From IMG/VR virus record IMGVR_UViG_3300023296_001674: 64,000 nt of DNA; one strand, given 5' to 3'. Numbering within the stretch: the first letter of the stretch is position 1; every line of letters begins with the position of its first letter. The notes under the pieces were generated by a model that saw nothing but the letters and a program-made list of their open reading frames with translations, ran no database searches and was not told where the DNA came from. The position numbers were made by a program, and so were the translations under genes. Source of the stretch: a virus. This document shows, one piece after another, positions 47,537 to 55,987 of the stretch.

Positions 47537-49258
47537 ATGTATATGTTTAAAGAAGTCCACGATTCTATCATTACTGCGCTATATGCAACGTTCGCTATTG
47601 ATGAGAGTAAAACGAATGTTCATAAAATCACAGTAGATATGTCGCGCAAAGCCAATAGTGGCGATCTTGCGACCAATGTTGCTATGGTGATAGCCAAAAC
47701 ATATGATATGGAACCAATGGCGTTTGCTGAACGATTACTTCCGAGAATAAAAACAATTCATGGTGTTGAATCATGTGTAATTGCACAACCAGGTTTTATT
47801 AACCTTACAATGGAACCAATGTGGTGGCTTAAAAATTTGATGAATATTATGAAAAACGAATCAAATTGTGGAACACGTTCTAAATATAATTCCGCGCATT
47901 TTGAATATGTTTCAGCCAATCCAACAGGGCCACTTCATGTTGGTCATGCTCGTGGTGCAATCATTGGTGACGTTCTTGCATCTATTTATGATAAATGTGG
48001 ATATCACGTAACGCGTGAATATTACGTTAATGATGCTGGAGGTCAGATCGATGTATTGGTTAATTCTGTATATCATGAATATTTAAAATTGAATAACGTA
48101 ACTGATATCATCATACCACAAGTATACAAAGGTGAAGTTATTGAATTCCTAGCAAAAGCGTGGAATATGTTTATTAAAGATGAATATATCAACCAAATGC
48201 GTGACAACTGGCAAGAGCCATTGCGCGAGTTTGTGTTGCCGTTAGTTATGGATCGAATCAAAAGTGATCTGAATATGATGGGCGTTAAACATGATGTATT
48301 TACACATGAAAGCGAAATTGTGGATAATGGAGGTGTCGTCGAAGCACTTCATATATTACGTGCACAAGATTTGACATATAAAGGAGTTCTTCCACCACCA
48401 AAAGGTAAAGAAGATGCAGCCTATGACAGCCGTAAACAACTTTTGTTTAAGTCTACCGAATTCGGCGACGACGTTGATCGTCCATTAAAGAAAGCAGACG
48501 GATCGTGGACTTACTTTGCAACAGATATTGCATATCATGCTGATAAATTTAAGCGTGGACATAAAAATATGATTAACATCATGGGTGCCGATCATGCCGG
48601 TTATACATCACGTATATCCGCCGCAGTTCGTGCAGTTAGCCATAAGCAAGCCAGAGTTGATACAGTTCTTTGCCAAATGGTCAATCTTGTTGATAATGGC
48701 GAAAAAGTAAAACAATCCAAACGTGATGGCACATATGTCACCGTCGAAGATGTTGTTAATAAAGTGGGTAAAGATGCATTGCGTTTCACAATGATGACTC
48801 GTAAAGCAGATGCACATCTGGATTTTGACTATCAAAAAGTGGTCGAAGAAACTAAAGATAATATGGTATATTATGTTCAGTATGCACACGCACGTGCTCA
48901 TTCTGTTTTAAATAAAGCAGTCGAACGACCCGAATTTGAAGATATTTGCGTGGAAACACTATCTCGTTTAAATAATGAAAACGAAATGTCCATTGTGAAA
49001 CACTTATCAACATGGGGTGATATCTTGCAAAAAGCAGCAGATAAAAAAGAACCACATCATATTACATATTATCTATATGAACTTGCTGGATTGTTTCATT
49101 CATTACACAGTAAAGGCAATAACGATAAACAATTACGTTTCTTGATTGAAAATGACGATGAACTACAAATGGCGCGATTAATACTTGTGCAAAGTGTAGC
49201 ACATGTGTTAAAATCAGGACTTGACGTATTGGGTGTATCAGCACCAACAAAAATGTAA
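47537..49258 (+). CDS. argS: Arginyl-tRNA synthetase
   Basis: GD.ATN.A, PGFIN, EYVSANPTGPLHVGHARG, YVNDAG.Q, Y...DIAYH, GADH.GY, YVQYAHAR, GVSAP.KM. Confidence 0.96.
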   Translation: MYMFKEVHDSIITALYATFAIDESKTNVHKITVDMSRKANSGDLATNVAMVIAKTYDMEPMAFAERLLPRIKTIHGVESCVIAQPGFINLTMEPMWWLKNLMNIMKNESNCGTRSKYNSAHFEYVSANPTGPLHVGHARGAIIGDVLASIYDKCGYHVTREYYVNDAGGQIDVLVNSVYHEYLKLNNVTDIIIPQVYKGEVIEFLAKAWNMFIKDEYINQMRDNWQEPLREFVLPLVMDRIKSDLNMMGVKHDVFTHESEIVDNGGVVEALHILRAQDLTYKGVLPPPKGKEDAAYDSRKQLLFKSTEFGDDVDRPLKKADGSWTYFATDIAYHADKFKRGHKNMINIMGADHAGYTSRISAAVRAVSHKQARVDTVLCQMVNLVDNGEKVKQSKRDGTYVTVEDVVNKVGKDALRFTMMTRKADAHLDFDYQKVVEETKDNMVYYVQYAHARAHSVLNKAVERPEFEDICVETLSRLNNENEMSIVKHLSTWGDILQKAADKKEPHHITYYLYELAGLFHSLHSKGNNDKQLRFLIENDDELQMARLILVQSVAHVLKSGLDVLGVSAPTKM

Positions 49259-49270
49259 GAGGAGAAATAA

Positions 49271-49777
49271 GTGTCTTATACCGCGATTTATAAATTAGGC
49301 GACGACGAACAAGAACTGGCGAATTTAAAAAATTCACACCGTGGTGCTATGTATATATGGAACGATTTTGCCATTCGATACTTTGGGTTAGACCGATTTC
49401 CAATGTTCGATATGGATGAAGCTAATGAAATATGGAATGCACAGTCTATTAAAGATATTCCAGAACATGAAGCAATCGTTATGCGAACAACTATGGATAA
49501 AGCAACCGTCGACAGTCAAGGCGTGGGCGCAGTTATCGCCGCACTAAAACAATATGGCGAAGAACATCCAACCAGTAATTTTTCAGAACAAGCACAGATC
49601 ATCGAAGATGCTGCCATTAGTGGAGACAGTTATATTGCATGGCATCAAACATCAACATCAGAGTTTTGGGGCGAAGGGTCTGTATACGACGACGATGAAG
49701 ACGATTATGTATACACATTATATAATCCAAATACCGATGAAGGCAATCATTTCGACGTTATAAAGAATGAAGATTAA
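49271..49777 (+). CDS. Hypothetical protein
   Basis: GAGGAG RBS, GTG start. Confidence 0.65.
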   Translation: MSYTAIYKLGDDEQELANLKNSHRGAMYIWNDFAIRYFGLDRFPMFDMDEANEIWNAQSIKDIPEHEAIVMRTTMDKATVDSQGVGAVIAALKQYGEEHPTSNFSEQAQIIEDAAISGDSYIAWHQTSTSEFWGEGSVYDDDEDDYVYTLYNPNTDEGNHFDVIKNED

Positions 49778-49795
49778 AATTTAAAAGGATTTACA

Positions 49796-50212
49796 ATGGG
49801 ATTATTTGAGAAACAACGAAACAGTACGTTTAACTCGCTAACAGAAGATTTATCAAAAAAAGACGCTGATTATTATTATGATATTTTCGAATATTTTAGT
49901 AATGTTAATAGTAGCGGATTGACGCTTGTAGAGTCGTTGCCTGCGTTACATGTTATTTCACGTTCTGGTGTTTCTATTCACGCTAATAAACTTATAAAAT
50001 ATACAATTGAAGCATTTAAGAATATGGATGCTAATATGAAATATACAATAAAGTCCGACGATCAACAAGCTAATGCAATGTCATTGATGACTCGTGATAT
50101 ACTAATTATGTGCGGCGACAATGTTGCTGCACAATTAATACAAGTCGAAGTGGATAAAGAACTCCAGAAAATTGAAGATTTTAAGTCGACATTTGACGAT
50201 ATAAGCATTTAA
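49796..50212 (+). CDS. Hypothetical protein
   Basis: ORF; C-terminal KSTFDDISI. Confidence 0.6.
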   Translation: MGLFEKQRNSTFNSLTEDLSKKDADYYYDIFEYFSNVNSSGLTLVESLPALHVISRSGVSIHANKLIKYTIEAFKNMDANMKYTIKSDDQQANAMSLMTRDILIMCGDNVAAQLIQVEVDKELQKIEDFKSTFDDISI

Positions 50213-50616
50213 TGTCACAATTATCATTATCAAATGAACCAGGATTCATAATGTCATATGCTGATTTATTAGACGATGAACAATATACAGATAAATTCAT
50301 TGATATCGCCAACGAAGTCGATGATATAAATTTAATAGGAATAGCCGTTGATATTATAAATGATATCGGTGATGATAAATCTAATGAAGATATAGTGCAT
50401 GCTATTTTTACTGTATGCCATTCCGAAGAAGTATATAGCGAATTCGCTAACGATGGACTCATCGATGATAAAATAATGCAACTGTGTGATATATTAATTA
50501 ATATATATACAATGCTAGATTTACCATTGTTATGCAATGATTATCGCGAATTAAAAAAAGATTTAATAGAAGAAATTAACAACACAAAATCGTTTTTTGA
50601 CGATATAAGCACTTAG
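50212..50616 (+). CDS. Hypothetical protein
   Basis: ORF; C-terminal KSFFDDIST. Confidence 0.6.
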   Translation: MSQLSLSNEPGFIMSYADLLDDEQYTDKFIDIANEVDDINLIGIAVDIINDIGDDKSNEDIVHAIFTVCHSEEVYSEFANDGLIDDKIMQLCDILINIYTMLDLPLLCNDYRELKKDLIEEINNTKSFFDDIST

Positions 50617-50626
50617 GAGAAATATT

Positions 50627-51238
50627 ATGACAACAGTGGCACAATTATTAAGACATGTATTTAAAGAAAAAAATTATGATATAGAAGTCATTGAATGTAC
50701 CGGCGATGACGTTGATCCTATGAATTTCGAGCCTCTATATGGAAAATTGAAATTTAAATGCGGTGAAAAAATGTTAAACGGTATAGGAACTAATGCTGAT
50801 GATAAAAATCCTCATGATCATGATCGTAATGACGTAGCGGAGATTGCTGCGGCGTTATTACAAGAAATAGAATATACATTGGTGGATGAATTTTTGAAAG
50901 AAAATAAACCAGTAAAGACGCCGCGATTAGCAAAACCAAACAACGTGATGCAATTGATAGAAGATAGGTTTTATGATCGCGGTTATAGTGATATCAATGT
51001 GAATATAGAACGCACCGACGACGATGTTAATATATTGAAGTTTAGTATAGGCACTTATGTGTTTGATGTGACCGCTAAGAATTTCGCTCTTGATATTATC
51101 ACACCATATTATAAAGGTCGTGACATCTCCAATAAAAAAATTTGGAACACAATGGTAGTAGAAGTTGCAGCAGCAGCCGTGGAAGAATTGGAATATGAAA
51201 TGAGACATAACTTTTTAAACAAAAATAAAAAAGTTTAA
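50627..51238 (+). CDS. Internally duplicated protein with capsid-spine-helix-like motif
   Basis: DVAEIAAALLQEIEY.L..EFL and VVEVAAAAVEELEY.M..NFL. Confidence 0.55.
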   Translation: MTTVAQLLRHVFKEKNYDIEVIECTGDDVDPMNFEPLYGKLKFKCGEKMLNGIGTNADDKNPHDHDRNDVAEIAAALLQEIEYTLVDEFLKENKPVKTPRLAKPNNVMQLIEDRFYDRGYSDINVNIERTDDDVNILKFSIGTYVFDVTAKNFALDIITPYYKGRDISNKKIWNTMVVEVAAAAVEELEYEMRHNFLNKNKKV

Positions 51239-51246
51239 GTTTTTAT

Positions 51247-51408
51247 TTGACAATCGAATATCATTATGTTATAAATGATAAATACAATTGATGAAGTGAT
51301 GAACACACTTCGCTAAAACGTTGAAAATCAGCGGTTTTTTAAAAAAGTTCGATAAAATCGAAAAAAAGAGTTGACAAAAAACCAATTTTAGAGTAGATTT
51401 TATAAATA
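51247..51408 (+). promoter_or_regulatory. Tandem sigma70-type/late promoters heading the tRNA array
   Basis: TTGACA-17-TATAAA at 51247; TTGACA-17-TAGATT followed by TATAAATA at 51371. Confidence 0.7.
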
Positions 51409-51476
51409 GATATTACAAAACAAAGTCATCACATGGTGTGATCGGCGGCAATTTATAGGAAGAAGTGAGTTCAAAA

Positions 51477-51678
51477 ATGTATACTTATTTACTATCATTA
51501 TTACCACAGCCTAGTAGCGCATTGGAGCAATCCAGTGAACGTCTCTATGCGGCGGAATATGCCCCGAGACAAGCCGGTGATGGAGGTTTAGCAATCTGAA
51601 TATATTGCAAACCACATAAAAATCTAAAAGGATTTTTTTACCCACCGGCTACCTAAATATAGGTTAGCCGGTTTTTTT
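51477..51678 (+). promoter_or_regulatory. Candidate attenuator: 40-aa leader ORF plus terminator/antiterminator
   Basis: ORF 51477-51599; AGCCGGTG (51572) can pair with CACCGGCT (51643), the 5' arm of terminator ACCGGCTA...TAGCCGGT-T6. Confidence 0.45.
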
Positions 51679-51802
51679 GTATCTTTTTTTAGATACGCAA
51701 CGTTAAAAGGAGTGAAAACGAACTAAAATGTTAAACGACGACATGCAATAGGCGGTTGAAGTTTGATGAAGCATCAATCGCCGTAATAAAGAGGATGATG
51801 CT

Positions 51803-52066
51803 ATGGTTAGTTATAGAGTGGAAGAATTTTCGGCATATCACGGTTTAAGAAAAATTGTTTTTAATAGTGATAAACCAGACGAAGTAAAAAAAGTAGCAGA
51901 ACGAGTTTTAAATGATAAAATCTTATTTAAACAATTCGTTCAAAACAAAGTTGATAAAAAAATCGCCATCCAAGAAAAAAAAGTTTTGGAAAATGCAAAA
52001 AAAGACTTGACAGGATGGAAAAAGTGGTTTAAAATGATTTTGCCCCGTAGTTTAATTATAGGGTAA
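51803..52066 (+). CDS. Hypothetical protein
   Basis: GAGGA RBS. Confidence 0.5.
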   Translation: MVSYRVEEFSAYHGLRKIVFNSDKPDEVKKVAERVLNDKILFKQFVQNKVDKKIAIQEKKVLENAKKDLTGWKKWFKMILPRSLIIG

Positions 52067-52298
52067 GATCGAAACAGGAGACCAATCTGTTTAGTGCAAA
52101 ACGCGGAACGAGGCTGCGGGTAAAGCACTTAAAAAAACACCCAAACGGGCGCGTCGTGGATGGATTTCCTTTTGTGGAATGAAAAAAACGAAGGTAGGAA
52201 GCAATGCGACCTACTAGGGAAAGCGACATATGCTTTCCTGATTGTCAATAGTTTTGTAGTGGGGTGATTTCGGTTGCCCCACTATAAAACAACTTTAT

Positions 52299-52369
52299 GG
52301 GGCAGCTTGTGGGCTGGACGAAACATTTGCAATGTTTTAGGCGGGGTTCGATTCCCCGTTGCTCCACCA
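52299..52369 (+). tRNA. tRNA-Ala(UGC), atypical D-arm
   Basis: GGGGCAG/TTGCTCC-ACCA with G3:U70; AAACA-TT TGC AA-TGTTT; T-arm GGTTCGATTCC. Confidence 0.75.
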
Positions 52370-52378
52370 ATACTAATT

Positions 52379-52545
52379 AAGTGTCCCTACATGCCGGAAT
52401 TGGTATACGGGGGTGTGGCTAAGTCAATATGGATAGGAAAGCAAATACTAATAACTTTCTTTGTGCCCACGGCGTTAACCACCTTACTATGACGAGCACA
52501 ACCGAACATAGTTATGCAGGATCATACCCTGCTGTGGAGACACTT
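52379..52545 (+). ncRNA. tRNA-like RNA with greatly expanded anticodon region
   Basis: D-arm GCCGGAATTGGTATACGG, T-like arm GCAGG-ATCATAC-CCTGC, closing stem AAGTGTC/GACACTT, insert of about 90 nt. Confidence 0.5.
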
Positions 52546-52553
52546 AATAATAT

Positions 52554-52633
52554 GGGGGATTAGCTCAGTCTGGGAGAGCGCCTGCCTTGCACGTAGGGTC
52601 ATTGCATCAGTTCAAATCTGATATTCTCCACCA
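52554..52633 (+). tRNA. tRNA-Ala(UGC)
   Basis: TAGCTCAGTCTGGGAGAGC; CCTGC-CT TGC AC-GTAGG; ends CCA. Confidence 0.85.
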
Positions 52634-52651
52634 ATTTATAATAACAACGAT

Positions 52652-52729
52652 GTCCGTCTAGTCCAACTGGCAGGAGACACGAGACTTAAAATCTCGACAG
52701 TGTGGGTTCGAATCCCACGGCGGATACGA
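52652..52729 (+). tRNA. tRNA-Leu(UAA), short variable loop, no encoded CCA
   Basis: CGAGA-CT TAA AA-TCTCG; GGTTCGAATCC; 3' end ACGA. Confidence 0.85.
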
Positions 52730-52731
52730 AT

Positions 52732-52809
52732 GCCTGTGTAGTCCAACTGGAAGGAGACACTAGATTTAGATTCTAGACAGTATCGGTTCGAATCCGATTA
52801 CAGGTACCA
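52732..52809 (+). tRNA. tRNA-Leu(UAG), short variable loop
   Basis: CTAGA-TT TAG AT-TCTAG; ends ACCA. Confidence 0.88.
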
Positions 52810-52820
52810 ATTAACTATAT

Positions 52821-52899
52821 GCCCGTTTACGCCAATCAAGGTAGAGCGATGATATTTAAAATTTCATGGATGTCGGTTCGAATCCGATGACGGGTACCA
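52821..52899 (+). tRNA. tRNA-Leu(UAA), short variable loop
   Basis: TGATA-TT TAA AA-TTTCA (one mismatch); ends ACCA. Confidence 0.75.
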
Positions 52900-52955
52900 A
52901 TTAGTGTCCGCAAGGGAATTAAATTACGGGTAGCGTAAGCTAATTTTACATCAAT

Positions 52956-53033
52956 GTCAGCGTAGTCCAACCGGAAGGAGACACTTGTTTCAAAAGCAAG
53001 ACAGTGTGGGTTCGAATCCCACCGCTGACACCA
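52956..53033 (+). tRNA. tRNA-Leu(CAA), short variable loop
   Basis: CTTGT-TT CAA AA-GCAAG; ends ACCA. Confidence 0.88.
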
Positions 53034-53045
53034 ATAATATTTCAT

Positions 53046-53133
53046 GTGGATATGGTGGAATGGTAGACACGCAAGGTTTTGTAATGTTGTGGGAGATATC
53101 CCGACGCAGGTTCGATTCCTGTTATCCACACCA
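53046..53133 (+). ncRNA. Leu-type tRNA body with malformed anticodon arm
   Basis: GTGGATA/TATCCAC-ACCA, GGTGGAATGGTAGACAC D-arm, variable arm GGGA/TCCC, canonical T-arm. Confidence 0.6.
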
Positions 53134-53300
53134 ATAAGAATTGAAGTTCCATCAATAGACTGCCAAGCTGAAAATGCTACGGGTGAGGTGAGTTCTTTAT
53201 GCGGTTTTCCAGTATCCGCGTCAAACTGGAAAGAAGTACGGTGCAGAGCGTGAGAAATCACGCAAGGACGGGTCTCTTCTTTAATAAAAGGTCCGGTTTT

Positions 53301-53388
53301 GGAAGGTAAAGCAGCCAGGGCGCTGCGGGGGGTTGCTAACCCTTTCGTACTCTAGTAGTGTTCGGTTCGAGTCCGATGCCTTCCTCCA
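53301..53388 (+). tRNA. tRNA-Ser(GCU)
   Basis: GGGGG-TT GCT AA-CCCTT; long variable arm; CCA. Confidence 0.85.
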
Positions 53389-53390
53389 AT

Positions 53391-53484
53391 GGAAGATTAA
53401 CCTCGCAGGGTCGGGGGACCGTTTTGAAAGCGGATCGCACGTGTTAGTAGCATGTGTAGATTTCGAGTATCTAATCTTCCGCCA
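53391..53484 (+). tRNA. tRNA-Ser(UGA)
   Basis: CCGT-TT TGA AA-GCGG; long variable arm; GCCA. Confidence 0.85.
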
Positions 53485-53659
53485 ATTTTAAGAATTAACT
53501 GAAGTGCAAAAGCGGACACCAATATTAACGTTTGCGGTGAATGTGACAGCATAGACTCCGTGGAGGAGTTCCGAAGGGTAAGATAGTGCTAGTTAGATTA
53601 ATTACCTAACTTACACATTCAAGTGTTGGTGGTAATGTCCAGCCGGTTATACCAAATAT

Positions 53660-53733
53660 TGCGGGTTGCTACAGGTGTGGCACCATGGCGTTGAACCATG
53701 GGATGGTGGGATCGTTACCTACACCCGCAGCCA
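53660..53733 (+). tRNA. tRNA-Gln(UUG), divergent
   Basis: CATGG-CG TTG AA-CCATG; TGCGGGT/ACCCGCA-GCCA. Confidence 0.65.
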
Positions 53734-53740
53734 ATTTTAA

Positions 53741-53814
53741 CGGAGTATAGTAGAGTGGCACTACCCCTGACTCGGACTCAGGTAACGGGGATTCGATTTC
53801 TCCTACTCCGACCA
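53741..53814 (+). tRNA. tRNA-Pro(CGG)
   Basis: CCTGA-CT CGG AC-TCAGG; C1-G72, A73. Confidence 0.85.
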
Positions 53815-53821
53815 ATAATAT

Positions 53822-53896
53822 AGCGGGTTCGTCTAATGGCTAAGACGGGTGTTTTTGGTACACCAAATCAGGGTTCGACTCCTTGACCTGCTGCCA
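53822..53896 (+). tRNA. tRNA-Gln(UUG)
   Basis: GGTGT-TT TTG GT-ACACC; GCCA. Confidence 0.88.
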
Positions 53897-53934
53897 ACAA
53901 TATAATGATAAATACTTTCAACCGTTAATAGGAG

Positions 53935-54366
53935 TTGAAAGCCATGAAAATATGCAGTATGTGTGAAAAAAACAAAAAACTAACAGATTTTAATATCAAT
54001 AAAACAAAATCCAGTGGATATCAATCAATGTGTAGTGATTGTAATAAAGAATATCAAAAAAAACATTATTTAGAAAATAGAGATGCGTATATAAAACGAA
54101 AAATAGATAGAAGACTAGCAATACGTGAATGGTTTTCAGAATTTAAATCTGTATTGAAATGTGAAATTTGTGGTGAAGATCATCCATCGACATTTGATTT
54201 TCATCATATCGATCCTTCGATTAAAGAAATGACTGTATCAAAAGCAGTGTATGAAGGATATAGTATATCAAAAATAAAAAAAGAAATCGAAAAATGTCAA
54301 GTTTTTTGCGCTAATTGCCATCGAAAACATCATTGGGAAGAGCGGAATATATTAAAAGACATATAG
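53935..54366 (+). CDS. HNH endonuclease embedded in the tRNA array
   Basis: C..C Zn ribbons, FDFHH.DP..K, EI.KC..CANCHR..H; late promoter GATAAATA near 53908. Confidence 0.88.
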   Translation: MKAMKICSMCEKNKKLTDFNINKTKSSGYQSMCSDCNKEYQKKHYLENRDAYIKRKIDRRLAIREWFSEFKSVLKCEICGEDHPSTFDFHHIDPSIKEMTVSKAVYEGYSISKIKKEIEKCQVFCANCHRKHHWEERNILKDI

Positions 54367-54382
54367 TATATTATTTAATTAT

Positions 54383-54457
54383 AGTGGATTCGTATAGTGG
54401 TTATTACCCAACACTCTGAATGTTGCGACGAAAGTTCGATTCTTTCATCCGCTGCCA
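54383..54457 (+). tRNA. tRNA-Gln(CUG)
   Basis: CAACA-CT CTG AA-TGTTG; GCCA. Confidence 0.88.
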
Positions 54458-54468
54458 ATTGATCATAA

Positions 54469-54546
54469 CAGAGTGTGGGAAAGTCTAGTAAATCCGCCGG
54501 TTTTGGAAACCGGAGAACGTTGGAGCGAAGCCAACCATTCTGACCA
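54469..54546 (+). tRNA. tRNA-Pro(UGG)
   Basis: CCGGT-TT TGG AA-ACCGG; ACCA; atypical T-loop. Confidence 0.8.
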
Positions 54547-54593
54547 ATTAATAATATTGACACCATACATTGATTAATGTATATTACAGTTAA

Positions 54594-54689
54594 CGAGCGA
54601 TGGCGAAAATAGTAGACGCGGCATCCATATGGGATGTCGGTGGATAAATCAACACCACCGTGCAGGCGCAAATCCTGCTCACTCGACCA
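54594..54689 (+). ncRNA. tRNA-like RNA with non-canonical anticodon loop
   Basis: Leu-type D-arm, GCATCC-ATATG-GGATGT, long variable arm, T-loop CGCAAAT, ACCA; own sigma70 promoter at 54557. Confidence 0.65.
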
Positions 54690-54709
54690 ATTTTTAAGTG
54701 GAATACAAA

Positions 54710-55060
54710 ATGAAAGATATAATATTACATCAATATCCAACTAATATAAAATTGCCTGAATTTGGATTTTGGGATACATTAAAAGGTAAAAAACATCCAA
54801 TAGATTATTTCGCACCAGACGATACTATGTGTCTTTATATACAAAAACAGTTTGTAGTAGAACTTGAGATGGAAATATTGGATATAAAAGAACGTTTTGG
54901 TGATTGTATTGTTGATAAAATAGTTTCAACATCTGAAGACGAATTGATTGATTTTGTAACTACGTATTATTTACGCTTTGATGATGAAGGGGTATATGAT
55001 GCATATGTAAGATATTATGGTGAATGTATTTTTGATCGATATAGCGATGAGAAAGAATAA
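54710..55060 (+). CDS. Hypothetical protein
   Basis: ORF between tRNA genes. Confidence 0.55.
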   Translation: MKDIILHQYPTNIKLPEFGFWDTLKGKKHPIDYFAPDDTMCLYIQKQFVVELEMEILDIKERFGDCIVDKIVSTSEDELIDFVTTYYLRFDDEGVYDAYVRYYGECIFDRYSDEKE

Positions 55061-55243
55061 TGACATTTAATAGAGAAGCTAAAAGACGTGAAGAGGTTTC
55101 TAAACCAAAAGATATTGTAAAACGTTTGCGATTTACTGATTGTAAAGTGCGCAACGATGCTGCATTAGAAATTGAACGGTTAAGAGATATATTATTACAG
55201 CATGATATTGTTGTGGATGGTATAATAAAATAAATAAAGTTAA

Positions 55244-55321
55244 CGGGGTGTAGCTCAGTCTGGTCAGAGCGCCGCGTTTGGGACGCGGAAGTCGTATGTT
55301 CGAATCCTATCACCCCGACCA
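55244..55321 (+). tRNA. tRNA-Pro(UGG)
   Basis: CGGGGTGTAGCTCAGTCTGGTCAGAGC; CCGCG-TT TGG GA-CGCGG; ACCA. Confidence 0.92.
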
Positions 55322-55326
55322 ATTAA

Positions 55327-55419
55327 CAAGCGATGGCGGAAACAGTAGACGCAGGTCCATTACGGGACTGGGTGGGTTAATTGCCCATCGTGGAGGTGCA
55401 AATCCTTCTTGCTTGACCA
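55327..55419 (+). ncRNA. tRNA-like RNA, paralog of 54594..54689
   Basis: GCGATGGCG.AAA.AGTAGACGC shared; GGTCC-ATTACG-GGACT; T-loop TGCAAAT; ACCA. Confidence 0.65.
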
Positions 55420-55537
55420 AATTAAATCATTAATAATGATTGACACTAGTGTGCAGATGATGTATACTTGAAAAATAAGAAGACCTAAGTGTTTCTACAG
55501 TTGTTGTTGATATTTACAACAAAGAAGGAGAAATATT

Positions 55538-55852
55538 ATGGATCATTTACACGGTAAACGGTTTGGTTTTTATGGCGTTGACGGCAATTGTTTCAAGTTA
55601 GGCAGAGATGTTTACGAGGCAATTGAAGATGAGGACGACGGCTACCGTTCTTATTTGAATAGCATTGAGAAGGTTGATTTCGACGGGATTTTTTTCAAGC
55701 AACCCTTGGGAACTATTGAGGTGAAAATGACTGACGATTGGTATTATTTAGAAGACGTTAAGGATGGACACATCTGGTTGAGAGTAGGCACAGATGATAC
55801 GGATGATTATTATCCATATTTCGTATTTGATTATCAACCGAAAAAAATGTAA
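55538..55852 (+). CDS. Conserved hypothetical phage protein (DUF7448-like)
   Basis: GVD.N.FKL...EA.ED..DGYRS ... GTD..DDYYP.F; own promoter and terminator. Confidence 0.7.
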   Translation: MDHLHGKRFGFYGVDGNCFKLGRDVYEAIEDEDDGYRSYLNSIEKVDFDGIFFKQPLGTIEVKMTDDWYYLEDVKDGHIWLRVGTDDTDDYYPYFVFDYQPKKM

Positions 55853-55888
55853 TTTAAAGTGTCCCGGATAATGGGGCACTTTTTTAAT

Positions 55889-55971
55889 GGGGAAGGAAAG
55901 CCAGTGGCTCTGGCACCGAGTCTGTAAAACTCGTCTTCACGGGAGTGGATCGAAACCACACTTCCCCACCA
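55889..55971 (+). tRNA. tRNA-Tyr(GUA)
   Basis: CGAGT-CT GTA AA-ACTCG; ACCA. Confidence 0.8.
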
Positions 55972-55987
55972 ATTTTCATACAATAAT

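Noticed and set aside
47537-49258. Bacterial chromosome contamination or prophage boundary at argS/pyrF/erpA
   Set aside because: Same AT-rich composition and phage promoters; genes interleaved with phage hallmark genes
55327-55419. Ochre (UUA anticodon) suppressor explaining the TAA at 37866
   Set aside because: Loop is 6 nt and does not place UUA in a canonical anticodon position; TAA terminates most genes normally
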